This document shows, piece after piece, positions 1 to 13,161 of a stretch of 64,000 bases of DNA (its first letter is position 1; each line of letters opens with the position of its first letter). A program made the position numbers and the translations under genes. The DNA comes from Camelus ferus (taxonomy: Eukaryota). The DNA is taken from positions 80,850,001 to 80,914,000 of the forward strand of contig NC_045697.1 in the NCBI RefSeq assembly GCF_009834535.1, given 5' to 3'. The notes beneath the pieces are model-generated. The model had not been told where the DNA came from. It saw only the letters and a list, made by a program, of their open reading frames with translations, and did not search any database.

Positions 1-527
1 CCATGGATTTCTAAGTTCTTTGGGGAAAAAATTTACTCTGATATATAGCTGGAGGCATTCTAAAATTATTTAAAAGTTTTCATAATTATCCTTAAGATCT
101 AAGAAAGCTGCACACAGTTAACACTGTTCTTCTTAGGAATGTTTTTGAAAAGACTTAGCACACTGTAGCTTTCATGTAGCCTTGGGGGTGTTTACAATGC
201 TGTATTATTGCTCAGGGATCAGCTTTATGGTACCCAAGTACACAGGACACAAATCCTCTTTAAGACTGTTTGCTTGTCTATTTAGAAGCTTTTAAAGATA
301 TTGTCGCAAACTAATTCCAGAAGAATAAAAAAACCTGGTAAGTTCTTAAACCCCAGCAAATTCACAGTTCCATCATCAGGAAATAAAATTAGATTTGAAA
401 TACTCCATTGATTTTTTTTTAACTTAAGAATTCTTATACTACACCTACTAAGATATTTGATAGGGAAAAACAATCCAAATTAGGACAGGAGTGGAAATCT
501 GACTTTCACAGCCATGAACATTGCTTT

Positions 528-915
528 TGTCAAATGACAAGACTAAAATAATTTAGTAACAAGTCTGATGTCCTTTATTCAAGGGAAAATCCATGGATTG
601 AAGGAGTGCAGTGCCTCTTAAACACTGAAGCACCCTTTCTGAAGGGTTTTGGTCAAGAGCGAATTTTATGGAGCATTAGAAGATGTGACTCAGAAACAGG
701 GCATGATTGCCTAGGAGGTCAGGGGTTGCCTTATAAGGCTAACAGGTCCTATTGTTCAGAGTCAAATAAGCTAGCTAAAGCTGAGTTGGAGGATTGTGAT
801 TGGTGAATGTTAGGTTTCCTTGACAAGTATTTCCCGTAATAGGTGCAGGTTGACTTGATATTTCTGACTTGAGCTGGTCTCCATTTTGTGGATCCTGTTA
901 TATGAATTAACTTCA
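528..915 (-). mobile_element. ERV1-type solo LTR (MER67-like)
   Basis: TG...CA termini (TGTCAAATGACAAG ... AACTTCA); TTTATT near the left end gives a minus-strand AATAAA; the left end resembles my recollection of MER67-group LTR ends. No clean TSD. Confidence 0.55.
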
Positions 916-959
916 TCACTTTCTTTAGTAGATGCATAGCCTTGTATCATTTTAGCAAT

Positions 960-1060
960 TTAATTTTTCAGATGAGAAAATTAAGGCAGTGAAGTAAGGA
1001 ATTGTAGATCCAGAATTAAGTAGTCTTAAGGGATTTTTACTCCCAATTTAGCCTCTTTCC
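960..1060 (-). mobile_element. MIR SINE fragment
   Basis: TTTTCAGATGAGAAAATTAAGGC resembles the MIR core (TTTTACAGATGAGGAAACTGAGGC). Confidence 0.5.
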
Positions 1061-1978
1061 TCAAAATATATCTATATGGTTATATATAAATAACAGTTAT
1101 AAGCTGAATTACTAAGAACAACAAAACTTTTTAAAAGCCACCGTGTTGTAAAATGAATAACCACTCTCTAACAATAGATCTACTGAAAGTAGAGTAATTA
1201 GAGCTACTGAAAGTAGAGTATAATACTTTACCTATTACCATGATTCTTCAGATGTTTCAGTTGAGAAAATATGAGCTACAACATAAAGTTGACAAGTGTA
1301 CTTGATTTTTTCGGCCTGAGCTATAATCCTCTGTTCTCTCAAGTACCCAGTACTCAAGTTTCCCCAGAACCAGGCTCTTGGTTAGCCTTTCTTGGAATTA
1401 TTATTAATTAGCCTTTCTTGGAACCATTGGTTGATCTATACCCTTTCTGGCATTTTATATAAACAACTGATGTTTAGTTGAATCCCAGGACCATTCATTT
1501 GGGGTCACTTAACATGAATTTTTAGTGGGTAGGTAAGGTGGAGAGGTCAAGGGGATGATTCTTGTTACTTTCCTAGGGCATTACTTAAAACTCCTAAATA
1601 GAGTTTTTGTTTCTTTCTTTATCTGCGAAAGTAACCCTAGGCTAATTTTGAGACATCTATAAAATGGTTGCAAAATAGCTATGAAATGCACAAAATGCTT
1701 AAACACTTTCAGAAACGTGTTAAATCTGTACAGGATGTTTTGATGAAGACATTATGTCCATTGGAGTAAACAGAGTAGACAGGGATGAAGGGCTGAAGTT
1801 CAACGAGAACTTTAAACTGAAGGTTCAGACCTGGGAGTCATTACCACCTGAGTTTGAAAGGTGAACATAAATGTAGTTTCAATACAAATTGAATGATTGT
1901 GAACTTTTTAAATGGATATGATCCTATACTTTTCTTCAATGTTTTTAATTATAGCTTAGTCAAACCATGATGATATAC

Positions 1979-2318
1979 TGTCGTAGTCTTCTCTGGCTGC
2001 TATAACAAAATACCATAAACTGGATGGCTTTAATAGCAGATATTTATTTCTGACAATTCTGAAAGCTGGGAAGTCCAAGATCCAGGTGCCTGCAGATTTG
2101 GTTCTTAGTGAAGACTCTTTCTGGCTTACAACCTACCACCTTCCCAACGTGCCCTCACATGGTGGTGAGAGATCACTTTACGTTCTAGGGAAGCTACTCC
2201 CTCGTGACCTCGTCTGGATCGAATCTCTTCCCAAAGGCCCCACCCTCAAATACCATGATGTTGGGAGTTTGTGCTTCAATATGAAATTTGGGGGAGCACA
2301 AGCATTCTGTCCAAAATA
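1979..2318 (-). mobile_element. MaLR solo LTR, MLT1A-like
   Basis: Diagnostic blocks GGCTGCTATAACAAAATACCATAAACTGG, GCTGGGAAGTCCAAGATC, CCCAAAGGCCCCACC and CTTCAATATGAAATTTGGGGG. Confidence 0.88.
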
Positions 2319-5300
2319 TGTGTACGAGGATGATGAACTCAGTATCTGTGTAACTTGACAGGCTCCAAGTTATGCAGACAACATGATGTTCATGCGTTGT
2401 TTTACAAGGATGAAGAAGAATCAGAGGTTTCTAGTATAAGTTACATTTGTGGACTTTGAGCCTAGAGATAATAGCCAAGAATGTCTGGATGTTTTAGTTG
2501 TAGATTCTATAACCCCTACTGTTAATGGAACTTTTGTAATATTTTCCCTGCCAAATAGTTAGGCTTTTTATCTATGAAGCTGAATATATTGGGAGGCAAA
2601 GGAGGCAATAACTTTATACACATGTCAGCTTACTCTGGTTAATGCTGTGGACCAACGGGGCAGCAGGGGCCCATTCCCTGGTGTGGGTGAAGGCAACTCC
2701 TCACCCACCTCCTATCAAGCAGACTGAGTGAGGCTTTGAATGACCCCACCCTGCTCAACGGCCTGGAGGTCAGTGTCCTCAGTGGGGCCTGGCTTTAGGG
2801 AGGAAGTGGGAAAGTAGACAAAACTTCCAAGGACATACAGATTGCAAGTGTGTAACAGTTACACCTAATCCTGGTTCATTCTTTTGTTTTTAACTGGATT
2901 CAGTACATTTTCAATTCAAGTATTTAAATTTTATAATCAAAACAAGGAGAGAATTAAGAAAATTATAGAAACACGAAAAGCTATTGCTTTAAAAATGGTT
3001 TTTCTGTTTCTGAATAATTTTACTCAAAAAAGAATTTCTTCTGATGTGACGCACATAGTTCCTTAAAATAATGGAATATCTGTCAAACTGCAAATTTTTT
3101 TTCTTGGCTGGAATTTAGTGTAGGGTGCAATGCCCTTTTCATCTCCACCAAGAAAATTATATTAAAATGGGTTACTTTTTTCCTTTCAAACTCTGAGCTT
3201 GACAAAATGTGTGTGTGTTTTAAAACAAACAAAAAAAACAACCTAGCGCATGGTTAAAATCAGTGTGTGCTAGAAAGTAGATTTTGGGAAGTGTACAATT
3301 TATTCTGTGGTTAATATTCACTGCTCTGTAAATCTTGGGCCATTTACTTAGGCAATGTTATGAATGCTATCTACTGTGGGTGTCTGAAGAATGTTCTGTG
3401 TAAGATGCCAGATTGTCTCATTTTGATTCCATTTAAGTTATTCTTGGGATTATCCTGAACCAGTAGGAGAACAAAGAATTTATGGATAATCCTAGAAATA
3501 TTTAATAATGATTGTGAGAAATATATGTTGTCTATAACTATAGGAAGAAGCATCACACTGTCTCGGGTAAGTGAGACATAATAGGGCATGGGATGAAGCC
3601 TGCAGCATATTTTTACTGTGTACTCTGCACCGCTCCCACCTCTGCATTTGCTAGAAGTACAGCTTAGACTCAGGCCATCTCCCAACAATGAGCTAAATTA
3701 TATTAAGTACTTTGTCCAGTAATTGATATATAGTTGGTGATCAAGAAATGTCATATTCTCTTCTCTCTCATTAAAGTAACATGGTCAGCTCAGCTGTTTG
3801 TTTTAAATATGTAATATAAACGTATTTGTACTACACTGAAGATATTAAAGTAACAATTTTAACAAATAACAATAAGCAACTCTGAGCGAGAACACAAATA
3901 TTAAAGTATAAGACATCAAAATGAAGCAGCCAGCATCAGAGTTTAAAACTTAAAAAACAAAACAAAACAAAACAACTCAATAGCAATTAAATGAGAAGGT
4001 TCTTTAAAGATTCAGACAATAACAACTTCCACAAAAATTTAATATGGTTTTAAAGACACTGCCAATATTGACCCCAGAATTCCTTCATATGAAAGGAAAG
4101 CTGTATAGAGGACTAGGTTCAGAATTGCTGCTGAAATGTGGGATCCTGATGCAGTAGGTGCTTAGAGGGTCTTCTGAAAATAGAGACGAGCCATTTTTCA
4201 CACAAGCCAGAAACTACACGCATAGCTAGTAAAAAAAACAAGATATAAACATCCTGTTGCTAATGCTTGTCTCACACACACACACACAAGTTAGCTAATG
4301 CTAACTTACTCATGCAAGACAGCGCTTAGGCTGCAATTGTTTCTTTCTGTTGCCTGTGCTTTTCACAACAATCAGAGGTGAGTTCAGCTTACCCACGTAT
4401 AGATGTTCTCCTGTCTTGAAGACTAATGCCACAACTTAAACACTTCACGTTTGTGAAATATCAACCATTTTTGCCTTTTAATGCAATAAAATAACTTTTG
4501 ATATCTAATGGTCTCAAAAACAACTTGCTACAACCTTAAAAATCAAGTTTCCTACTCAGCATGCTCTCTAATGAAATGGTACATCCTTCATAGCACGGGA
4601 TGTTTGCTCATTTCCCAGAACACCCCAAAGTGGTACAAAATAAAAGAGACACTTGAAGGGTGAAACAAAATCCATCCATCACAGTTGTCTCCTGTGGATA
4701 ACAGGAGAGGCTGGGGGCCTCCAGGGCTCCTGTGGGGTCGCTGTTGCTCTCCCCTTGAAAAGGGATTTTTGCAGTAGCCCAGGAATCCTAAACATTCTTC
4801 CAAATAAAAGTTCTTTATCACAAAAGGGATTTTTAAGATACCTAGGATGGCTTCTGAGTTGCCATCAATTATCAGGGATTTTTTTAAAAAAAGTTTTTTG
4901 TCCAAAAGACTTCATCTACAGATTTCATCTCTAGAAGAGTAGGAGGTCTCCTTGGTAATTAAGCTCAGCTCCAAAGCATTACTTTTGTCTCTACCAGGTT
5001 GATGGATGCTAACCTTAAGTTATCCTTCTCTGGGAAACTCAGGGCATTGAACTTCTATTCTTGGTCACATTCACATGCAAAAAGCAGAGTCCTCAGTGTA
5101 GCTTTCTCTGGCAAGTTATAACACAAAAACATTTTCAATAAATTATGTATCAAATATTTAACAGATTTTATAAAATGGCTATTTATGAATAAGTTTTTGG
5201 TTTGATAAAAGCTATTAATGACATATGCTGAAAAGCAGCTTTCATGTTGTGAAATATGAGCTATGTAAGTTACAATTACATGGACAACATAAATATAATT

Positions 5301-5384
5301 TGGAGGGAAGCTTTATGGATTGAAATGAATGAATCTCAAACATTTCAGTGTTATTGTACTCCAAAAAGTGATACTTGTCAGAGG

Positions 5385-6143
5385 GGCATCCAGTTTCCCC
5401 TCTGACATGTGAAGTGCTTATAAATTGTCACTGTCCCTCACAAGACAAAATGCTGAACACACTGAAAACTGTCTTAGATCTACTAGAATTGAGGTCGTAG
5501 GACAAACCAACACCCTCAAGACTATAAAGAGAGACAAACAGAGACTATAGTTCAGCATTTCTGAAGCAGAAACTTCTGGAGCCAGTAACTGGTAGGAACA
5601 TTTAAATGATAATCTGGTGCATTTCTGGGGGCTAAGTGTGGGCTACCTTGAGATTTAAAAACTGGTAGCCTAGTATAAGGGGCAACCCCTATACTTTCAT
5701 GAGTTTTATCTCCAGGAGCCTTACCAGGTTCTCATGGTAAAAATTAGAGGGAAAAAAACAAAAACAAAAAGAAACCCTGTGAAGAGGATCAACTGTATGG
5801 TGATAGAGTTTAATTAGACTTGTAGTGGTAATCACTTTGTATTGTATACAGATGTGGAATGCTGAATACCTCCAATCTTATTAATAAAGAAAAAAAAAAA
5901 GAAAAAAGAAAACAGTTTGTGTTTGACCACAGGATGGGAAAAGTAACTATTTTGAAAGAAGTCCAGAGAGTTCTCCATAAAAAAGACATACCCAGCAACA
6001 AGGGAAAAGATTTGGTCAGAACTTTTTGGACTTGTAGAAAGGGCTGGAAACCCAACTTCATCTCTTCTTGCCTTCCTGCCTCACCTAAAGAGGTTAGATA
6101 AAAAGCTGTGAAGGACTTGTGAAGGTCAAAACCTAGGGAGACT
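5385..6143 (+). mobile_element. Ancient L1M (L1MC/MD-type) 5' UTR fragment, interrupted by a younger L1 tail
   Basis: Blocks GCTGAACACACTGAAAACTG, GGAGCCAGTAACTGGTAGGAACATTTAA and GAGTTTTATCTCCAGGAGCCTTACCAGGTTCTCA match recalled L1M 5'-end consensus; similarity resumes after ~5915. Confidence 0.7.
5780..5912 (+). mobile_element. Short L1 3' end with poly(A) tail
   Basis: GGATCAACTGTATGGTGA...TGTATACAGATGT followed by AATAAA and an A-rich tail, typical of laurasiatherian L1 3' UTR ends. Confidence 0.7.
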
Positions 6144-6154
6144 ACATTTTGGAA

Positions 6155-6900
6155 GATGGATAATGAATTAAGACTTGTACAGGTTGAGTTTTAAGTACCC
6201 ATGAGACACTCAAGTGCAGCTGTCTAAGGCAGTGAGTGTATATACATGAGCAGCTTAGAAAACAAGTCTAGGTGATGGAATATATTCATTTGGGAATAAT
6301 GGATAAAAGTAGTGTTTGAACCCATGCAAATAGTGTGATCACACAGGGCAAGCATGTAGAGGGAGAAGCTAAGACATCCAAGGCTGATACCCCTCAAGTA
6401 ACACAAGTTCTTAAAAAATTTGTAGAGGAAGAGAGCCAAGTAGAGACTGAAATATGGCAGTGAGATACGTGGGATAAGAACTGGAGGAAATGGCCTCTGA
6501 GGACCAAAAAAAGTGTTGCAATATTCGTCGCAGATATAGTGATATATATACCCGTAAAAGGTTAATGTGATGGACTGAAGTATTCTAGATAATACAGAGA
6601 AGGAAGAAAAGACTAGAGGAAGATGAAGTCAAGGGACCAAGAAAAGTTGTGGCTGGAGAGTGTGATATGTGACCTTGAGTTTAGGTCTCAGAATGTAGAA
6701 TGTGCTCCTGGCAATGAGGAGCTCCATTTGAACAGAGGTTGGAGGCATTTGTAGTTAAAAGGAGGGAGGAACTACAAGCCAATAGTGGACCATTCTTCAG
6801 CTTTGGCTGTGACATCACTGAGGAAAAAAGAAGGAAGATTATGAAACAGGGACAACTGATGTAGTTGCTGAGATATTTTGACTTGGCAGTAGTAAGGGAT
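6155..6900 (-). mobile_element. L2 LINE fragment
   Basis: Purine-rich L2 antisense signature (GTTGAGTTTTAAGTACCCATGAGACACTCAAGTGCAGCTGTCTAAGGCAG...). Right boundary is uncertain. Confidence 0.65.
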
Positions 6901-7318
6901 AATAGAAAATAATCTGTTCTCATCTTCTCTACCTATCCAGCTGGAAACCACATCTTTTAGATATACATGTATTTTTCATCCGTAAATACATAGAAGTTCA
7001 TAGACAGATTGATTTTGTTAATGGCTTGGATTAAAAAAAAACTCATCCTAATAACCATCTTGTTTTCTAATTTTCTGAAGTGTTTTTCCTGTGATTCAGT
7101 TGGTAAATGTCTTGAACTTCAAGGAAAATGAACTCTGGCAAAAAGTAGAACTCATTAATTCCTAAATGATGTATATCTTAAAGAGTAAAATTCTGATTTA
7201 GGAAATTTGAAAATCTGTTTAAAAACAAGTAAAATTTACATTATTCATTTAATTAATAATTTACATTCCTTTTAGTCAACCTTATGTTCACTTATACTGT
7301 AAAATGGGAGTATACACA

Positions 7319-7958
7319 CAGTTGATTCTCATTATTCAGGGTCATGTTTTATAATGTTGCCAGAAACACTGAATTAACAAAGCATTGATCCCAGGGGAAA
7401 TACAGAGTAAGGTTCCTGCAAGTCTCTGGACACATTTTTGTCAGCTAATCATTACATAACTTGTTTTAAGGTGTCTCTAAATAGAAACACACATATTATA
7501 TACATACACATATTTATTGACTTGGTTCATTACCTTTGAACTCATGGCTAATAAGACTTTAACTTACTCCTTAATGAAGCTTATCTGATGCTTGTATTTC
7601 CTCCATAAGAGCATGTTACAATTACAGTCTTCTTGCACATAGGAATGCTACATAGCACTTAAGCATACACTAGGGGGCCATTTTCAACAACAAAATTACC
7701 AACACAAAGCACAAAAATGCAAAAAGCATGGCACTAAATAGAACACAAAAAGGACACTTGAGAGCTAAAACAGGAAGGCCATCACTTTGTTTTGACCTCA
7801 GCTAGGAACAAGCACATTGGATGACTCAAATTTTTTTTTTTTTACTGCTCTCTGCATGTGAGAAAATGCCACAAATGTTGATTTGATTTTGGAATTACAA
7901 ATTTTAGTGAGCAGACTAAGTTACAAATATGGAATCCATGAATAATAAGGATTGACTA
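7319..7958 (-). mobile_element. TcMar-Tigger non-autonomous DNA transposon, MER82-like, near full length
   Basis: Terminal inverted repeats CAGTTGATTCTCATTATTC ... GAATAATAAGGATTGACT, ~640 bp apart; internal TTGACCTCAGCTAGGAAC and ATGGCACTAAATAGA. Confidence 0.85.
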
Positions 7959-8152
7959 TGTATGTGTATATGAATATGCTTATATATATATATACATTCC
8001 ACAGAACCTGTTTAGAAGATTCTTTGGCTTAGCAAGTTCTGTTTTTTTCCCCACCAAATATCTCAATGAACGGCCTTTCCATCTACCCAAGTCAATAACT
8101 GGTACTAATCGTTGACTTTATCCACAGCTTTGAATGCAATTATTCATCAAGT

Positions 8153-8520
8153 GTTTGTTAGGATACTTTTAGTTGTACATCACAAAATCAATAAAGTATT
8201 ATAAGTCTGAGTGTAATTTGTTATGAGGATTCTGGCATCACTCATGGAACCCAAGGCAAGAATCAATGTGCGCTTTCGTATTGAACTGTAACCAAACTTG
8301 AGTGTCTTTAGGTTTTTTCCTTCTCTTGTTTCTACTTCTGTCTACACATTCTTATCATTCTTGCCCCTGATTAGCTTCCTCTCCTACATAACAGAATCTA
8401 ACCACCCATATTTATTGAATGAACAAAACTTGCGGAAGAATACAGATACCAGCTTTTCCCCAGATCAATATTCACAATGGAGTACCAGTTTTGATTCCTG
8501 GAAAAGGTCAAACTACCACT
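8153..8520 (-). mobile_element. Old MaLR LTR remnant (MLT1N/O-like)
   Basis: The start GTTAGGATACTTTTAGTTGTA resembles old MLT1 termini; highly diverged. Confidence 0.4.
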
Positions 8521-10269
8521 GAATAAACTTTTTGGAACTGAGTGTTTTTAATAAAGCAGGATAAATTTTTATTCTATATTGCATGAATAGTTTTTCCTTG
8601 CTAACTATAATAACTATCATTTGTACCCAGTTGTTGCCCTAAAAGAATTTATGGGGTAGTAGTCATACAAAGCAGTAGTTAAGTGTTTTAACATATAGGG
8701 TTACTTCTGCTACACATACCTACCAGTCACGCTGTTACATGTCTACTCATTACATTTTAATTTTTCAAATTATTAAGATGTATAACTGCAAATCTAAAAT
8801 TAAAATAATAAAATTTTATTATCTTGGATGATCTCTAGTGATTAAAATATAACTCATTTACAAGAATTCTTTTTCTCTAATATAATCTGGAAAGTCAAGG
8901 TATAATTACACAAGCTTTTTATTTCAAAAAAAGATTATTATTAAAACCACCTTAGATTAAAATATACTTTCATTTGAAAACCAAAATCTAAAATAGTATA
9001 TGGGAAAGTTCTGAAGTTAAAAAAAAAAGTAACACTTTAGGTATAATCTTAATAATTGCATTATATTTATTAATATATTAAAATTAGAATATAGCTATTA
9101 AAGAGCACTCTGCCTATGAATGGATGAAATTATGCATTTTTTCAAGTTTAGTGACCTCTTGAAAAACACCCATATATATAATTCAGTTTTTGCATTATTT
9201 GTGTCTAATTTTTAAACGTATCCCAGGTTAGCTGTAGGTTATTATCACAGGATTTCCTCTTATAGATTATGCTCCTAAACCATAGTAGGTATATGTTAAA
9301 GGAAACAAACTAATGTAAATATTACAGTATGAGTATATTTTCTAAACACATACATATAAACAAACAAAAAGTACTACTTACTAAATTAACTAGTTTAGGA
9401 ATAACCATACAACTATTCACTTAATCTGTCCATTTACATAAATAACTTACCTAGTTGGTTATTAAAAAGTTCAAATCAATAGTTGTCCATATGTAAAACT
9501 TACACTTTTCTCATTCTGAGCTACTCATCTTAATGCCTAAAATTTAGTAATTATAACTGAGCTTTATGGATTATAACAAGCCTTTTGCTACCACCCATAA
9601 AAACAAACTCAGAATTTATACATTGTCTCTCTAATACTCTGAGGTCTTCACACCAATATTTATGCCATAGGGTTATGTGTTGTTTTGAAATTAATCTTCC
9701 TTATGAGTATTTCATTCCAGTCATTTTAAACACAAGTGCCAAACTTTGACGGATTTAGGAAGGGATTTCTACCAAATGAGAACTTAAGCATTGTTTGCAA
9801 TTACCAAAGATTTTTGTGCTTTCCCAGGAATATCTTTGTCGTGAATTGAAATTCTGCAGCCAAAGATTAGATTTCAAATGCAAGGGAAAACAGATAAGAC
9901 AGGAAGGGCAAATATTTCTCCCTGACAAGCACTCAATTAGCATCTTAATGGGGTATCTACACTCCTGAGAGGAAGTTGTGCTGATGCATGCACTATCTTA
10001 TAAGGGCAAATAAGAGAGTCTAGAATTTCTTTTCCCTTTTGTAAGAGGCTCTAGGTTCTTTTTTCTGCAGTAAGGACTGAAGACAAAAATAGTATTTAGA
10101 AAACATCCCGAAGGATGAATCCCCTTTGCTGCTCAAAACCCACTGGAACCATTAGAAGTAACTGTCAGGCTAAGAAGAGAATTAAGTGAAATAAACCTAT
10201 TGGGAAGAGTTTGTTGTTACCATGTCTTAGATCTATATTTTCCTTGCCCTTTCACTTGCACATTATCCT

Positions 10270-10766
10270 TGATGAATAGCAACTTCACTGAGAGAATTGA
10301 AGCAGTCAGAGGAGACTGGACAGTCTTCCACCACTCTATCTGCCTATCTACTTGAAACAGTGTTCTGAAACTCAAGCTTCTCCTGGTTCTATGAAAGAAC
10401 TTGACATGCATCCAGCTAGCATCCCACCCCCATCTCCCACTCAATTGCTCCAGCAATTATCCCATCTGTTTCCTGCATTGTTTCCCGCTCCTCCCTAAGG
10501 CATAATACCATCAGCATACAAACATACTGTTATTTCTCTGATCCTAAAATAAAGAGCAAAAAGACCCCCAAAGAACCTCTTTTGTTTCCACTTTATCTTC
10601 AAGCTTCTGCACCATCTCTCTGCTCATAACTGGAGCAAAACTCCTCAAAAAGATTCTCCATACTCACCGCATTTCCACGTCTTCCTCCTATTCTCTCTTG
10701 AACAAATTACATTGAATATTTTGTCCCCACTGCTACATCAAACTATTATCAAGGACATGATAACCT
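10270..10766 (+). mobile_element. L2 fragment, host of the adjacent LTR; resumes briefly after 11295
   Basis: CCATCAGCATACAAACATACTGTTATTTCTC and GCAAAACTCCTCAAAAAGATTCTCCATACTCAC are L2 ORF2-region blocks. Confidence 0.8.
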
Positions 10767-11291
10767 TGTAGAGTAGGAAAATTTATTCTTCTCCCCATCT
10801 TAGATTCTCAGCTGGAGTCCTATAAGAAAAGACCAATTAACAAGAGAAAAACAAGTTTATTAACATGTGCATCATGCCTGAGTCACATGGGAGTAACTCA
10901 AAGACGTGGCTTAGAATTCAGGCTATTCAGGCTACAGAGATAATAAATTTGTAGAGAAATGATAGCACAAAGGAGTCATTTTAAGCTTCAAAGGGTGGCA
11001 AAATGTGGGAAAGTAAATATATGGGAAACTGATGGTAAATCCTAGACAGTAAAGGTTGTCATATAGATTCTTCTGGCAGTCTTCAGGATAAGGATCTCAG
11101 GTTGTCTCGGATGATTAATTTTGTCCTTCCTGGTAGAGGGGAGGGATACTTTTGAAAATGTGTGTCCTGCCTTTAGGCAAATAGGTGGTGGGCAGAGAGC
11201 TCCTATATCTGCTGCTTCTCATTTGCCCTCAGCTCAAAACAATCCTTATGTCAAAGTAGCATATTGTGGGGTGACATTCTGGTTTCCTTCA
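10767..11291 (-). mobile_element. ERV1 solo LTR, MER34-like
   Basis: TG...CA termini; 4-bp TSD ACCT/GCCT; the right end CAGCTCAAAACAATCCTTATGTCAAAGTAGCATATT is the reverse complement of the MER34 5' end. Confidence 0.85.
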
Positions 11292-11933
11292 GCCTGTACC
11301 TTGTTAAATCCTATAATCATTTTCTTTGGAGATTAAAATTTTAAGCATTGTTTCTAAATAAAAAGCACTTGATAGCTTATAGAGTGTTTATTAATGCATA
11401 TCTTCACCAAAGAATAACCAATGAGAGCAACTGCAATAATTATAATTTTAATTACAATGTTTAATGCTAAATCCCTCAGGCTATAACTCATATTAGCTTG
11501 AATTAACCATAACATACTCTTAGCTTCCATCTCGGTAATGGAGTATCCATTTTAAGCTTTACAGGCCTCCCTCATAAAGTTTAGTAAAATGACTTTTACT
11601 TAATTTACTTTTTAAAATGTAGAATAGTATTTTTCATCTTTATTGGGAAATAATTGACATGCTTTATTCATATTTCGTTTACATTTAAACCTTCTTTATA
11701 AAGCTGTAAGTTACAAATCCAGTGTAGACAGTGCTAAAATATAGGTGAATGTATAATTGTAAAGTGTATGAAGTAAAATTTTAAATAAAAAGATATTTTA
11801 AAAACAATTTCAGTAAGTTTATTAAAATATAATATTCTAAATATTAATTTTTAAACCTAGTCTGTAGAAAAAATATCAAGTTCTTGCAGTGCTGGTTTTC
11901 TTAGTTTAAAAGATAGTCTCAAAATTTAAGCAT

Positions 11934-12454
11934 TGTATTAGTTTCTTATTGCTGCTGTAACAAATTATCAAAATCATACTGAATTGAAACAACATAAATT
12001 TATTATCTCACAGTTCTGTAGGACAAACAGTTCTGTCTGACACAGATCTTACCAGGCTAAAATCAAAATGTAGGCAGAGCTATGCCCTCTTCTGGAAGCT
12101 CTAGGTGAGAATCTGTTTCCTTGGGCTTTCTAGCTTTTACCAACGTTCCTTGGCTCATGGACCGCTTCCTCCATCTCCAAAGCCAAACATAGAGGTCAAG
12201 TCTTTCTTACGTCAGACCATTCACCTTGCTTTCATTGTCAAATCTTTTCTCTTACTCTCCTCTTCTGCTTTTTTCTTCCACTTTTAAAGACCCTTATGGT
12301 AACACTGGGTTTATCTGGATAATCCAAAATAATCTCCCTATTTAAAGGTTGTTGGTGAGCAGCCTTCAGACCCTTTTGCCATGTAATTTAACATTATCCA
12401 CAGGCTCGAGATTAGGACTTGGTCATTTCTGGTGGAATGTCATTCCCTATTGCA
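11934..12454 (-). mobile_element. MaLR solo LTR, MLT1D-like
   Basis: TGTATTAGTTTCTTATTGCTGCTGTAACAAATTA start; TGGATAATCCAAAATAATCTCCCTAT and CCTTTTGCCATGTAA blocks; ends in CA. Confidence 0.9.
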
Positions 12455-13161
12455 AATATTTTTATAAAATTAATTTTAAATTAATAGATATTCAAACATA
12501 GGAAATAGAAAGAAAACTAGCACAAAACTATAAAATACGTAATATTACATGCATTTTGCAGGTGAGGCAGTGCAGTCTCCAGAAGGTAGTGTTGTCATTT
12601 GCCCAACCACTGGAACTCATTTGTACTCATATCTGTCCCAGCCTGCAGTCTGTATCCTATTAATTATACAACTCAATAGAATTTGTTGCCTATAGGATAT
12701 GCTCTGGAGTTGTATTAACAATTTCATGGTTACTTAAAATGTAACCTTAGGCACTCATGACTTTCATCAGTAGCAATAAATGCCTTCTCTGTGGTGAATC
12801 TCAATGAGGTCAATGGATTTGTTTAAGAAGCGTTTCTTTGGATAACACTCAGTCTTTCAACGTATCAGGGTATATACTTAAAACATTTTAATTGTCACAT
12901 TTATAATGGGAACCGTGTATGAAAGAATATAAAACACCTCTTGACATCTATCTTACAGTGAAAGTTAGTGTGCTTTCTTATTTGCTTGGGGTTAACTTTA
13001 ATGAGTAAGTTAACACAGACATTCTGGAGATCTCATTTGCTGATACATAAGAAGCAGGCACTTATTTGCATAATGCATCCTGCCAAGTTCAAGGGAATAC
13101 AATAGCATAATAAGAGCACAATTTAGTGAAGTAAGAGAATGGAGAAATCCAAAAGGACAAA

